A program made the position numbers and the translations under genes. This document shows, piece after piece, positions 30,069-39,925 of a stretch of DNA of 64,000 bases; the stretch's first letter is position 1, and each line of letters opens with the position of its first letter. The notes below the pieces were generated by a model. That model searched no databases, was not told where the DNA came from, and was given only the letters and a program-made list of their open reading frames with translations. This DNA is from Candidatus Uhrbacteria bacterium (lineage in GTDB: Bacteria; Patescibacteriota; Patescibacteriia; UBA9934), in assembly GCA_018664485.1 (NCBI GenBank), contig JABJOE010000007.1:132353-196352 (forward strand), given 5' to 3'.

Positions 30069-31019
30069 CTACAGCCGAATCCTCAACCGTCTTAAAACAC
30101 GGACTGTGCGGTATGCTCCGTACCACAAATGCTTCACTGGTAAATCAAACGTACCAGGATGCTCTACAACCTCACCTGAAAATCCATATTTATATCGAGA
30201 TATTCCAGACCACGCATGTTTCTTTGAAGCACCAACTGGAGCCACTCCCCAAAAATCAAACCACTTCATATCTTTTTCTATAGCATCAGCTATCAAATGC
30301 CAATGCAGCGCGTAGGGCGCCATAACGTTACGATGCAAATTACTAGATGCGCCGTGCAAATATGTTCTCACTCCAGCAAAATCGATCATTATGTTTGCGG
30401 CCAGTGGTCTCCCTTCATAAAACCCCATAGCAAGGTATGCCTTCGCCTCCCCATTCAACGTATCGAGCATCTTCTGATAATACGCATTTGGGTGTCCTGA
30501 AAACTGATCACGATTAGTTGTCTGGTCAAGCAGCCTCACAAAATCTGGGAACCTCTTTCGTGGAACTATTTTAGACTCAACCCCCTTTTTCAAACCTAAA
30601 CGAATATTATAACGGGTTTTCGATTTACACTCCTTAAGTAAAGTCTCCTCGCCCTTAGACAAATCCAGCATAACCGTCGTTGCAGGTTGCATATGCGGAA
30701 CTTTCAACATACGCCCACCCTCACCGGGTTCAATACGCAAAAACATGGCTTCTGGCAGCTGTTCGCGGAGCACCTCAACCTGCCGTTCGATAGACGCATT
30801 TCCAAACGGCCCCTTTGGCACGTACCAGTAAAACTGACCAGCGGGCAAAGGGATCTTAACCGCTTGAGCCATAACTACCCCCTGCATATCAGACACATAG
30901 ACGCGCTCAACCTCACGCCCTAGCGCACGCTGAAACTCACCCCACTCCCATGAGTGTAAAAACGCACCGAATCGAGGAGCGTACCGTTTAACCGCATTGT
31001 TCCATTCTGTGTGATTCAT
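30069..31019 (-). CDS. FemABX-family peptidoglycan bridge peptidyltransferase
   Basis: FLHSWEWGEFQ, YVPKGP, KTRYNIRL, YLHGASS, FDFWGV, YKYGF. Confidence 0.9.
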   Translation of the reverse strand: MNHTEWNNAVKRYAPRFGAFLHSWEWGEFQRALGREVERVYVSDMQGVVMAQAVKIPLPAGQFYWYVPKGPFGNASIERQVEVLREQLPEAMFLRIEPGEGGRMLKVPHMQPATTVMLDLSKGEETLLKECKSKTRYNIRLGLKKGVESKIVPRKRFPDFVRLLDQTTNRDQFSGHPNAYYQKMLDTLNGEAKAYLAMGFYEGRPLAANIMIDFAGVRTYLHGASSNLHRNVMAPYALHWHLIADAIEKDMKWFDFWGVAPVGASKKHAWSGISRYKYGFSGEVVEHPGTFDLPVKHLWYGAYRTVRVLRRLRIRL

Positions 31020-31046
31020 GAAATATAACTAATTGCCTTCTAGTTT

Positions 31047-31589
31047 TTATGACCCCAATAACTTAAGAGCCTCCCGAATTCTGTCGTCTGTTGTTTCGGC
31101 CGTAAGCTCCGCAACGACCAACTGAGCATCCTGACGACCATACCCCAAGCTCATCAAAGCATCGACAGTCTCGTAATCACTTGATGTTTCCTCCTGCGTA
31201 GTTACAAGCACACCCTGTAACTCAAGGATAATTTTTTGAGCAGTCTTCTTCCCAACACCCGGAACCTGCGTTAGGAATGCTACATCACCCTTTTCAATAT
31301 GTGTGTGTAATTGGGCTCTTGGAGCAGCTCTCAAAATCTTCTGAGCCATTTTTGGACCAATCCCAGATATATCAATCATCTTTTCAAAAAGAGTGCGCAT
31401 ACCCTCGTCTACAAATCCAAACAATTCATGTCGATCCTCGCGAATATAGTCGTAAATATGTAGACTTAATACCTCTCCAGCTACTGGGTTGGCGTCGGTA
31501 TAATAAACACTATAACCAATACCACCTACTCGTAACACAATAGAGTCTACGCCTACGTTTTGAACATTCCCTTCAAGAAAAGCAATCAT
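31047..31589 (-). CDS. ruvA: Holliday junction branch migration protein RuvA
   Basis: MIAFLEG, GGIGYSV, ISGIGPKMA, VPGVGKKTAQKIILEL, ALMSLGY. Confidence 0.95.
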   Translation of the reverse strand: MIAFLEGNVQNVGVDSIVLRVGGIGYSVYYTDANPVAGEVLSLHIYDYIREDRHELFGFVDEGMRTLFEKMIDISGIGPKMAQKILRAAPRAQLHTHIEKGDVAFLTQVPGVGKKTAQKIILELQGVLVTTQEETSSDYETVDALMSLGYGRQDAQLVVAELTAETTDDRIREALKLLGS

Positions 31590-31610
31590 ATAGTATTTAT
31601 TGTCTACAAA

Positions 31611-32810
31611 TTACCCTCTTTTGCTTGATTGGTAAAGCGCCCGTGCACGGGTAATCCCATTTAAAATCTCGGTTGGATATTCATCAATTGATACCTCGGC
31701 ATGACTATGCATTACCAGTCTTCGTATATCCTCTAAAACCTCTGCCCGCACATGACCAACTGGAAGCTTCAATAACTCAATTACGCTAATCGCATCAATC
31801 CCGGCACGTTCCGTAGCACTTTTCAGCTCACGAGCCTCGCGCAATCGAAGCCTTTCGTGCCTTCGGTCCAAACGATCTGGCGCCCCCTGTTGCTCGCTCT
31901 GCAGGAACCCGACAAAAGGGCCTATATCCACCGATGTCTTTCCATCTTTATAATGTAATGAACCTATCGCTGTGTCCAAAAGCAGTACGGCAAGCTGTAA
32001 ATCTAAAATATTGTTCCCGTCCAAACCTACTTTCTGTGACCGCTTTAATAAAACATCGATCTTTGCAGGATCCGCTCCATCTTTGAAGAATTTTATTACA
32101 TCGATGTGAGAGCGAACGAGTAAAGCCAACACTTCCCGATCCCGATCTCCCAAACGAAACAGATCCGACAATGAATCGCGCGCGTGTTCAAATCGATCCT
32201 CCATAGCACCTTGTGCATGTCCATAATAATGAACACGAGCACTGGTCTGATCATAAAACTTCTTCAGAGATTCCGAGATATCCAGTGAATCATCAGACGC
32301 TTCAACTGAACGAACAAGTTTAGAATACCGTTGGCTCAATGTATCTACATCCAGCCTAGACCCCTCAATAAAGCCTTCTGATGCACCAACGGAACCTTCT
32401 GTAGATGTAAATGAAACCGTGCTGGACTTTGCTAAATCGTGAATAAAAACAAAAGCCTCAAGTGTAGCCGCATATTCCCGCATGGTCTCCTCCAGCTCTC
32501 GAAGCTGCGGATGCCAGGACTGTTCTCTAGCAAATTCTTCAATATCCAAAAGTGATGCGCCCTCAATAATGGCAAAAAGCCCGGTCAACATTCGTTCAAG
32601 ATGATCCATTACCATCAAGCCCTCGCTGTGATATGGCGGAGACTGAACGACTGTTCGAAGCGCTGTGACTTCCGGAGCAACAGCCTCTGCTTCAAATATC
32701 ACGTCCCTCACACTTCTCATTACAGATTCAGATTTTTGAGCATTTGAAATCCAATCTTCAAAAAAGACCGTTTCCGACTGACTTCTTTTTGTTTCAAACG
32801 AATCCCACAT
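31611..32810 (-). CDS. HD-domain protein (resembling the HD domain of CCA-adding enzymes)
   Basis: QSPPYHSEG..V.DH, FIHDLAK and HYYGHA motifs. Confidence 0.6.
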   Translation of the reverse strand: MWDSFETKRSQSETVFFEDWISNAQKSESVMRSVRDVIFEAEAVAPEVTALRTVVQSPPYHSEGLMVMDHLERMLTGLFAIIEGASLLDIEEFAREQSWHPQLRELEETMREYAATLEAFVFIHDLAKSSTVSFTSTEGSVGASEGFIEGSRLDVDTLSQRYSKLVRSVEASDDSLDISESLKKFYDQTSARVHYYGHAQGAMEDRFEHARDSLSDLFRLGDRDREVLALLVRSHIDVIKFFKDGADPAKIDVLLKRSQKVGLDGNNILDLQLAVLLLDTAIGSLHYKDGKTSVDIGPFVGFLQSEQQGAPDRLDRRHERLRLREARELKSATERAGIDAISVIELLKLPVGHVRAEVLEDIRRLVMHSHAEVSIDEYPTEILNGITRARALYQSSKRG

Positions 32811-32959
32811 ACCCCTTTATCTTTGATTTTACAGATCAATTTTATCACATCTGTGTAAATCAAGGCCCCATTCTCTGCATGGCGGTATAGACATACAACA
32901 ATACTTCTGTTTCAAACAAAATAACCGCCCAGATACTCCAGACGGTCATTCTATAGAAT

Positions 32960-33706
32960 TTACTTTTTGTACGGTGTCGCTGTGCTCCAAGCCGTGTTGA
33001 ATAACACACGCATAGTATCGGAGAAAATCTGCTGCTCAATGATTACCGTCTCCATGTCCCCTATCAAATTAATCATCGCAACACGATCAGCATATATCCA
33101 GATAATTCCAACAAAATCACCAAAAGCTTTATCAATTACTCTAGCCTCTACGCCGGCACTCATATTTCGTGGCTCCCCCTGTATAAGAACACGAATTGGT
33201 ACATGCTTGAAATGTTCTGTTTTTCGAAGATCTAGCAAAACAGACTCGTCTAGCTGATCATAAACCGTATCGATGTTAGCCACCTCCAAAAGCTCGTCAC
33301 TCTTAACCGAAACAACATCTCGGAACAACGCACGCAGTCCCTGTTCACCCGTATAAAAGCGAACTCGTGGACGGCCTCCTCCAACGCTCATTACGCGAAG
33401 TTCCGGCATGAGACGCTTCAACACATCAAGCTGACCCTTCATCTCAGTCATCCGACCTTTGAAATAGTCATCTAGCTTGTCAGGATCTTCTGCACTAAAA
33501 AATTTCTTCTTTCCACGCTGGAACGAACTGGCCAATCCCTTGTGCTGAAGAGCTCCGATGAGATCATACGCAGCAGTTCGTGATACTCCAGCTTTACGCG
33601 AAATATTCTGAACGCTCTCCGGACCAAGCGTAAGCATGGCCAAATACATGCGGGTCTCGGTATCAGTCAGGCCAAGTTTTGTTAGTACTTCCTTAAGATC
33701 TTTCAT
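32960..33706 (-). CDS. TrmB-family transcriptional regulator
   Basis: LGLTDTETRMYLAML...ISRKAGVSRTAAYDLI..L..KGL wHTH; RVRFYTGEQG. Confidence 0.88.
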   Translation of the reverse strand: MKDLKEVLTKLGLTDTETRMYLAMLTLGPESVQNISRKAGVSRTAAYDLIGALQHKGLASSFQRGKKKFFSAEDPDKLDDYFKGRMTEMKGQLDVLKRLMPELRVMSVGGGRPRVRFYTGEQGLRALFRDVVSVKSDELLEVANIDTVYDQLDESVLLDLRKTEHFKHVPIRVLIQGEPRNMSAGVEARVIDKAFGDFVGIIWIYADRVAMINLIGDMETVIIEQQIFSDTMRVLFNTAWSTATPYKK

Positions 33707-33757
33707 ATAACTAAATCTAAACTAATGGTTTCATCTCGATTAATAACCTCCATAACC

Positions 33758-33876
33758 TAGGACGTTTATATTTGAGATCAATTTCGGTGCCTGCCTGCCG
33801 GTAGGCGGGCACGGGAAGTCCAGCTTAGCTGGATCGGGACCCGTAAGCCGAAAGTGGACCAAATACAAATGTCCTA
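33758..33876. repeat. intergenic palindrome containing a REP-like hairpin
   Basis: TAGGAC...GTCCTA arms; inner GTGCCTGCCTGCCGGTAGGCGGGCAC at 33787-33812. Confidence 0.6.
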
Positions 33877-34716
33877 CTAAGATTCTAACACTGTCTTTAT
33901 CACTTCGTCGACCACTGGAAGCACTTGGCCACCCTCAACCAATACACCCCAGCACTTTTCCTGACCGAATAGGAATCCTCCGAAGCGTTCATGTAGGCGT
34001 CCGGCAGCATCGGTATCTTGTACATATATTCTACGATTTCCCTGACGAATCAGCACAGGTCGTGGCTCATCGAATGATTTTGCGACAAGATAAGAAAGTG
34101 CGTCGCGGAATCCAACATCTCCCACTTCACTCTCAACGATGAGAAGCCCATCTTGCTCGCGTCGACCCTCCCACGCCTCGCGTGCGACCGCCTCTTCACG
34201 GGCACGACGCTCAGGTCCGAGCTCCATTGTAAATTCACGGTAATAATCCATCACCTGCTCCTGCTGCTCCTTCGTGATAGGTTCTCGCTTGAGCTCCCAT
34301 AAAAATCCGCGATCAATAGCAGCTACTCCGCGTACCATCACTGGATCAAATCCAAATTCAATCAATTTAGCGTCGTCGAGGCTAAATGTAACAAGAAATT
34401 GCTCAAGCGAACTTGTGTCGTGAGTCCGATCAAGGTCATCGTAACGGTGATGATCGATAATAATAACTTCATAGCCATCGGACTTAAGCGTATCCTCTAC
34501 TTCAGGCCCTGGAATCTCTACAATCACAATTTTCGTTGCATCTGGATTTGTACTCTTTAGACGCTCTAAGAGTTTTTCTTCTCGCTCAAGCTTAGCGCCA
34601 TGTGGCTGATCAGAAATCAAAGTCGATATACCAAAAGCCGCTGAGATTTTTAAAATCTGCAGCGACTCTTCATCGTTCTTCGGACACACTAAAATCGTTT
34701 TATCAAAATTTTCCAT
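33877..34716 (-). CDS. hypothetical protein with a DHH-like motif
   Basis: 279-aa ORF 2 nt downstream of ileS; IIIDHH...SSLEQ. Confidence 0.7.
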   Translation of the reverse strand: MENFDKTILVCPKNDEESLQILKISAAFGISTLISDQPHGAKLEREEKLLERLKSTNPDATKIVIVEIPGPEVEDTLKSDGYEVIIIDHHRYDDLDRTHDTSSLEQFLVTFSLDDAKLIEFGFDPVMVRGVAAIDRGFLWELKREPITKEQQEQVMDYYREFTMELGPERRAREEAVAREAWEGRREQDGLLIVESEVGDVGFRDALSYLVAKSFDEPRPVLIRQGNRRIYVQDTDAAGRLHERFGGFLFGQEKCWGVLVEGGQVLPVVDEVIKTVLES

Positions 34717-34718
34717 AA

Positions 34719-37595
34719 TTAGAATCCAATTTCGATATCAAACTCAGATGCGCGGAAAGATGACGACTGTTTGGTGTCAGGCTTTTCAAACGCAACAGAT
34801 GATGAAAGTGTGCCGTCCCCAATCGCAGTATTGTGCTCATCAAACATCTTCTTCACCTCTGCATTGTCTGAGTAAACGAATAGATCAATCTTGTCCTCTA
34901 TCGTGAGGCCTGCCTCTTTGCGTAGCTGGTTAACTTTTCGTACAACCTCACGAACCAAACCTTCTCGAATAAGGGCAGGTGTAAGCTCAGTATCTAACTC
35001 TACTTTTAAATCTCCTTCAGCTACAACTACTTCTTTCACGTTTACCTCTTGTGCTATCACTTCTGAGTAACCCTCACCCATACTTCCTGACGGTACGCTC
35101 ACCTTCATAGATGCGAGCGGCTGCTTAATTGCACGTCCAGCTTCTTCTCGAGCGTCAAGTGCGCGACTCACAAGTGCACGAGCCTCTCCCATTTTCTCAA
35201 TAACACCCTCATCAACCGCATCGGCAACTGGCCAGTCTGTAAGATGCACACTCACTCGCCCTTCTTGCGCTCCATATCCACCATCAACTGACTGATAAAT
35301 ACTCTCAGCTAACATCGGCATGAATGGCGCGATCATCTGCGCAAATGTATCTAGAACATGTCGCAAAGTAGCAAGTGCCTCGGTCTGGTCAGCACCCTCC
35401 TGCTTAAATCGGTCACGTGAGCGACGGATATACCAGGTTGAAAGATCGGTTACGAACGGTTGTAATACGCGAGCGGCCGTTTGAAGATCATAACCTTCCA
35501 TAGCCTCTGTCTGCTCCGTAAGCACAGTATTAAGACGAGCCAGAATCCATCTATCCAACACATGCTCACCTGATGGTGATCTTCCATCTCCACTATCCTT
35601 ATAAAGATTGTAGAAAGAAACAACGTTGCTCAAAATATTTATGAACTGCTTTGAAACATCCTCAACACCCTTTTCGTTGAAGCGAAGATTCTCAGCGTGC
35701 ACGACTGGTGACGACATCAGATAATATCGAATTGCATCTGACCCAAAACGTTCCATCACTTCCATCGGATCTGGATAGTTCCGTAACCGTTTAGACATCT
35801 TCTTACCGTCTTCCGCAAGAACAATTCCGTTTACAATTACATTTTCGTACGCCGGCTTATCAAAGAGGATTGTAGCGATCACGTGAAGCTTATGGAACCA
35901 CAAACTTGTCTGATCAGCGCCCTCAGCAATGAATTTAGCCGGGAAACCTTTTTCAAACAGCTCTTTATTTTCAAACGGATAATGGTGCTGAGCATACGGC
36001 ATAGAACCTGACTCAAACCAACAGTCTAACACTTCAGGAACACGCTTATATTCTTTTCCATCCTTATTAAGAGTGAGTCCATCCACATACTGCTTATGAA
36101 GGTTGTCGATCTTCTCACCGGAAAGCGTCTCCAACTCCTCAATTGATCCAACACATAGGATGTCTCCATCTTCTGCACGCCATAATGGAAGAGGCGTTCC
36201 CCAATAACGTGATCGAGAAACCGACCAATCAGGTGAGGATGCCAATCCCTTTCCAAACCGTCCTTCTTTAATGTGTTCAGGCATCCAGCTGACCCCAGCG
36301 GCATTTTTTGTAAGTCGATCAACTATTGAACTCACTGACACAAACCAAGAAGTTGTGGAGTAGTTAATAAGAGGAGTGTCACAGCGCCAACAGTGAGGAT
36401 AACTGTGTTCGATTTTCTGCTTTGAGAAAAGCTTTCCTGCGTGTGCTAAAGCCTTGATGATCTCAATATCAACCTTTGTATTGTCGTCCTTGGTCTTTAC
36501 CGGCACGCCCTCAACTTTATAGCCAGCTTCCGAAAGTGGCTTTGCAACCTCATCAACAAATATTCCATTCATCTCAACGTGCATGATAGGTGCCACCCCT
36601 TCCTTCTCACCGAGAGCCTTATCATCATCTCCAAACCCAGGAGCAATATGCACTACACCGGTTCCATCCTCAACAGTTACAAAGTCGGCAGACACGACGC
36701 GGAATGCATTTTTATGATCAGCGAAATATGGAAATAGAGGTTCATACGTAGACCCTAGAAGGTCCTCAGTCTTTACCGGCCCCTCAACGGTATACTGCGA
36801 ATCAGCAAATACATTTTCAACCAACTCCTTTGCCATTATAAACCTTCCTTCTTCTGTCTTAACTAAAACGTAATCAATATCCTCACCTATAGCGAGCAAT
36901 ACATTTCCAGGCAAAGTCCAAGGTGTTGTAGTCCATGCCAGAACATTAACTCCTTCATACTCACCGCTGGTCAACTTAAATTCTGCAATAACTGAAAGAT
37001 CCTTAACATCCTTATACCCTTCGTTAACTTCAAACTTTGATAAAACAGTTTCACAACGTGGGCATACATGCAAAGACTTATTCCCCTCGTAGATAACTCC
37101 CTTATCCCACATCTGTTTGAAAACCCACCACACAGATTCCATGAAATTCAAATCCATCGTCTTGTAATCATTCTCCATGTCTACCCAGCGGCCAAGTCGG
37201 CGGACAACTTTCTTCCACTCCTTCGCATACACCATCACCTCTGAGTGACAGCTATCGTTAAACTTCGCGACTCCCATCTCTTCAATCTCTTTCTTGGAGT
37301 TCAACTCAAACTTTTTCTCGACAATGTTCTCAATCGGAAGACCGTGACAATCCCACCCCCATTTTCGATCAACTTTATACCCTTTCATTGTCCAAAAACG
37401 AGGAACTACATCCTTCATAACACCGGCGACGATATGACCATAGTGAGGAAGTCCGGTTGCAAATGGAGGTCCATCGTAAAAAGTAAACAATTCAGCATCG
37501 CTTCTTTGCGCGATTGAACGCTCGAAACAGCCATGTTCATCCCAATATTCTAGGACTTTATTTTCAACATCTGAGTGAGTTTCTCGTTTCGACAT
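34719..37595 (-). CDS. ileS: isoleucine--tRNA ligase, type 2 (archaeal/eukaryote-like)
   Basis: DGPPFATGLPHYGH, WDCHGLP, WTTTPWTLP, HSYPHCWRC, KMSKRLRNYPDP; no C-terminal Zn finger. Confidence 0.97.
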   Translation of the reverse strand: MSKRETHSDVENKVLEYWDEHGCFERSIAQRSDAELFTFYDGPPFATGLPHYGHIVAGVMKDVVPRFWTMKGYKVDRKWGWDCHGLPIENIVEKKFELNSKKEIEEMGVAKFNDSCHSEVMVYAKEWKKVVRRLGRWVDMENDYKTMDLNFMESVWWVFKQMWDKGVIYEGNKSLHVCPRCETVLSKFEVNEGYKDVKDLSVIAEFKLTSGEYEGVNVLAWTTTPWTLPGNVLLAIGEDIDYVLVKTEEGRFIMAKELVENVFADSQYTVEGPVKTEDLLGSTYEPLFPYFADHKNAFRVVSADFVTVEDGTGVVHIAPGFGDDDKALGEKEGVAPIMHVEMNGIFVDEVAKPLSEAGYKVEGVPVKTKDDNTKVDIEIIKALAHAGKLFSKQKIEHSYPHCWRCDTPLINYSTTSWFVSVSSIVDRLTKNAAGVSWMPEHIKEGRFGKGLASSPDWSVSRSRYWGTPLPLWRAEDGDILCVGSIEELETLSGEKIDNLHKQYVDGLTLNKDGKEYKRVPEVLDCWFESGSMPYAQHHYPFENKELFEKGFPAKFIAEGADQTSLWFHKLHVIATILFDKPAYENVIVNGIVLAEDGKKMSKRLRNYPDPMEVMERFGSDAIRYYLMSSPVVHAENLRFNEKGVEDVSKQFINILSNVVSFYNLYKDSGDGRSPSGEHVLDRWILARLNTVLTEQTEAMEGYDLQTAARVLQPFVTDLSTWYIRRSRDRFKQEGADQTEALATLRHVLDTFAQMIAPFMPMLAESIYQSVDGGYGAQEGRVSVHLTDWPVADAVDEGVIEKMGEARALVSRALDAREEAGRAIKQPLASMKVSVPSGSMGEGYSEVIAQEVNVKEVVVAEGDLKVELDTELTPALIREGLVREVVRKVNQLRKEAGLTIEDKIDLFVYSDNAEVKKMFDEHNTAIGDGTLSSSVAFEKPDTKQSSSFRASEFDIEIGF

Positions 37596-37616
37596 ATAAT
37601 TATTCAAATTTTCTAT

Positions 37617-37640
37617 AAAAAAGGCCCGCTCTCGGCAGGT
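37617..37640 (-). terminator. attenuator terminator in the ileS leader
   Basis: Minus strand CCTGC-CGAGA-GCGGG followed by CCTTTTTT. Confidence 0.7.
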
Positions 37641-37677
37641 TTTTCGTGCAAACAGATCATCGAAAAAACCCCGCCAT

Positions 37678-37722
37678 TTAAAGGCGAATGATTGTTTCTA
37701 TAATAATCTGAGAACTTTTCAT
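37678..37722 (-). CDS. ileS leader peptide MKSSQIIIETIIRL (5 Ile of 14)
   Basis: ATG AAA AGT TCT CAG ATT ATT ATA GAA ACA ATC ATT CGC CTT TAA, followed by alternative hairpins. Confidence 0.8.
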   Translation of the reverse strand: MKSSQIIIETIIRL

Positions 37723-37731
37723 AACAGTGAT

Positions 37732-37760
37732 AGCTTAGCGAAATTAGGCACAGGAGTCAA
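37732..37760 (-). promoter_or_regulatory. promoter of the ileS leader
   Basis: Minus strand TTGACT-17 nt-TAAGCT, about 10 nt upstream of the leader ATG. Confidence 0.7.
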
Positions 37761-37789
37761 TCTCCTCTATTGCTGTATAATGCCATCAT

Positions 37790-38893
37790 ATGAACCAGAC
37801 TATTTACATCGGTGCAGACCATGCAGGCTTTGATCTGAAAGAAATTCTCAAAGAGCATCTCGAATCAAACGGCTATCATGTTGAAGACCTCGGAGCATAC
37901 TACCTAGACCCGGCGGATGACTACCCACGTTATGCAAAAGAAGTCGCATCAGCCGTAGCCGAGCATCCTGGATCCCTCGGTATTCTTTCATGCGGAAACG
38001 CTGAGGGGATCTGTATTGCCGCAAACAAATTTGACGGTATTCGTGCTGGAATCGGTTACTCCACAAAATCAGCAGAGACAATGCGGGCTGACGACAACGC
38101 AAATATCATCTGCATTCCGGGCAGACTCAAAACGCCAGACGATCCGCTTGTAATTGCAGAAGCGTTCTTGGGAACCCCATTCTCCAAAGCCCCCCGACAT
38201 GTACGCCGACTAGGATCACTCCACGCCATCGAGCATGAAGACGGTCCACTCACAACCGTAGTACCGGCATTACTCGTGCAACACGAAAATGAATTTCGAA
38301 AAAAAATAAACCATGCAGGACTACGTCAAATTGCCCCGCTATGGCAAATCGATATAATGGACGGTACACTCGTTGATCCTGTTTCCTGGGCAGACCCGCG
38401 AGTTATCAAAACAATGGGACAACTTCCAAACTTTGAACTGCATCTAATGATAGAAGATCCATTGCCGACAATCGTAGCTTTCAAAGAACAAATCCCTACC
38501 CTTACTCGCGCAATCATTCACGCCGAAATTCAAGAACCACTCAAACCTCTGATAACAGCCATAAAAGATCTGGACATTGAAGTCGGTATCGCGCTAAATC
38601 CTGAAACAAAAATCAGAAAACATCTCACTGATATCGAGCGATGCGATCTACTCCTTATTATGGGCATACATCCTGGGGCATCAGCACAACCATTTCTAGG
38701 ACGTAAAATCCTGCGGAAGATAAAACGAGCTCGCAAACTCGCCCACCACATTCCAGTTGCAATCGATGGTGGCGTAAATATGAAAACAGCTCCTAAAATA
38801 GTAAGTGCGGGCGCACGACAGCTATGTACAGCGTCAGCTATATGGAAAGCAGAGGATCCAGTTGAGGCCTACCGCAATTTCCAGCACTTATAA
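37790..38893 (+). CDS. fused ribose-5-phosphate isomerase B / ribulose-phosphate 3-epimerase
   Basis: N-terminal GADHAG, DDYP, CGNAEG, ANKFDGIRA, RHVRRL (RpiB); C-terminal DIMDG, ELHLM, IIHAE, ALNPET, IDGGVN (Rpe). Confidence 0.9.
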   Translation: MNQTIYIGADHAGFDLKEILKEHLESNGYHVEDLGAYYLDPADDYPRYAKEVASAVAEHPGSLGILSCGNAEGICIAANKFDGIRAGIGYSTKSAETMRADDNANIICIPGRLKTPDDPLVIAEAFLGTPFSKAPRHVRRLGSLHAIEHEDGPLTTVVPALLVQHENEFRKKINHAGLRQIAPLWQIDIMDGTLVDPVSWADPRVIKTMGQLPNFELHLMIEDPLPTIVAFKEQIPTLTRAIIHAEIQEPLKPLITAIKDLDIEVGIALNPETKIRKHLTDIERCDLLLIMGIHPGASAQPFLGRKILRKIKRARKLAHHIPVAIDGGVNMKTAPKIVSAGARQLCTASAIWKAEDPVEAYRNFQHL

Positions 38894-39000
38894 GCTAAAC
38901 ACATTCCCCAACCCCCCTTTAAATCAAAAAACACCCGTGTTATACTCGTTTTGTACATAAGGAACTCTACAAGAAGTAGAATCCATAATATTTTTCACCT

Positions 39001-39810
39001 ATGCGAATAGCTCTACACTTTAAGCAGTTAATTATTGCTTTCTTGGCACTTTCCATCGCTTTTGTCGGCGTTATGGTCGCACACGAAGCACAGGCACTTA
39101 CAGATATCGACGATGTCGGTTCTGACTCACTGATCCGAGGTGAGACTTTTTCTGCCGTTTACTACATGGGTGCTGACGGATTCCGATACGTTTTCCCGAA
39201 CTCAAACACATACTTCACTTGGTATGACGATTTCGATGCAGTTAAGATGATCTCTGACTCTGATCTCGCTACTATCCAGATTGGCGGAAACGTAACTTAC
39301 CGACCAGGGTCAAGCATGATCAAGATCCAGTCTGATCCAAAGACTTACGCTGTAGCTCAAGGAGGAACGCTCCGACACATCGACTCAGAAGAAGTTGCTG
39401 TAGCTCTATACGGATCAGCTTGGAACACTCACATTGATGACGTTTCAGACGGATTCTTCACAAACTACAACATTGGAGACGTAGTCGAAGATGCAGATGA
39501 CTACTCTATTTCTGACGAACAGGATGCATCAGACAGTATCAATGATGACAAAGGACTTGAGGAACCAGAGTTGATCGAGCTCACATCTGATGGATTTGAT
39601 CCAATTGATGTCACAATCGACGCTGGGCAGGTAGTACAGTTCATCAACACTGATACTGAGAAGCACTCCGTTACTGCTGACGACCTATCATGGGGTTCTG
39701 GAACTATGCAGTCAGACGGTGAGTACGTTCACCGCTTCGAAGAAGAAGGAACTTACACATTCTTCGATAGTTATGACTCTTCAAACACAGGAGCGATCTA
39801 CGTAGAGTAG
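39001..39810 (+). CDS. secreted protein with a C-terminal cupredoxin-like domain
   Basis: Signal peptide; SAVYY..DG.RYVFPN CPR domain; FDPIDVTIDAGQVVQFIN...HSVTAD...GTYTF. Confidence 0.75.
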   Translation: MRIALHFKQLIIAFLALSIAFVGVMVAHEAQALTDIDDVGSDSLIRGETFSAVYYMGADGFRYVFPNSNTYFTWYDDFDAVKMISDSDLATIQIGGNVTYRPGSSMIKIQSDPKTYAVAQGGTLRHIDSEEVAVALYGSAWNTHIDDVSDGFFTNYNIGDVVEDADDYSISDEQDASDSINDDKGLEEPELIELTSDGFDPIDVTIDAGQVVQFINTDTEKHSVTADDLSWGSGTMQSDGEYVHRFEEEGTYTFFDSYDSSNTGAIYVE

Positions 39811-39925
39811 AGCACCACAGAGCAGCGTCCTTCGAACTTCTCGTCATAATCCTTCGTCACCGTACAGTTAGTACGACTCCTCGGATTACTCCTCGAGCGT
39901 CCGAATGACATCTACTCTGAGGAGT
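39811..39925 (-). repeat. long intergenic hairpin, AGGA/GACGA family (core on the minus strand)
   Basis: Minus-strand core TAATCC-GAGGAGTCGTAC-TAACT-GTACGGTGACGAA-GGATTA at 39847-39888. Confidence 0.65.

Noticed and set aside
29284-30095. ORFs of 60 aa or more from the track (29284, 29438, 29486, 29689, 29871)
   Set aside because: They cross promoters and hairpins. The 43-44 aa frames fit the promoter/RBS/terminator layout and codon bias better.
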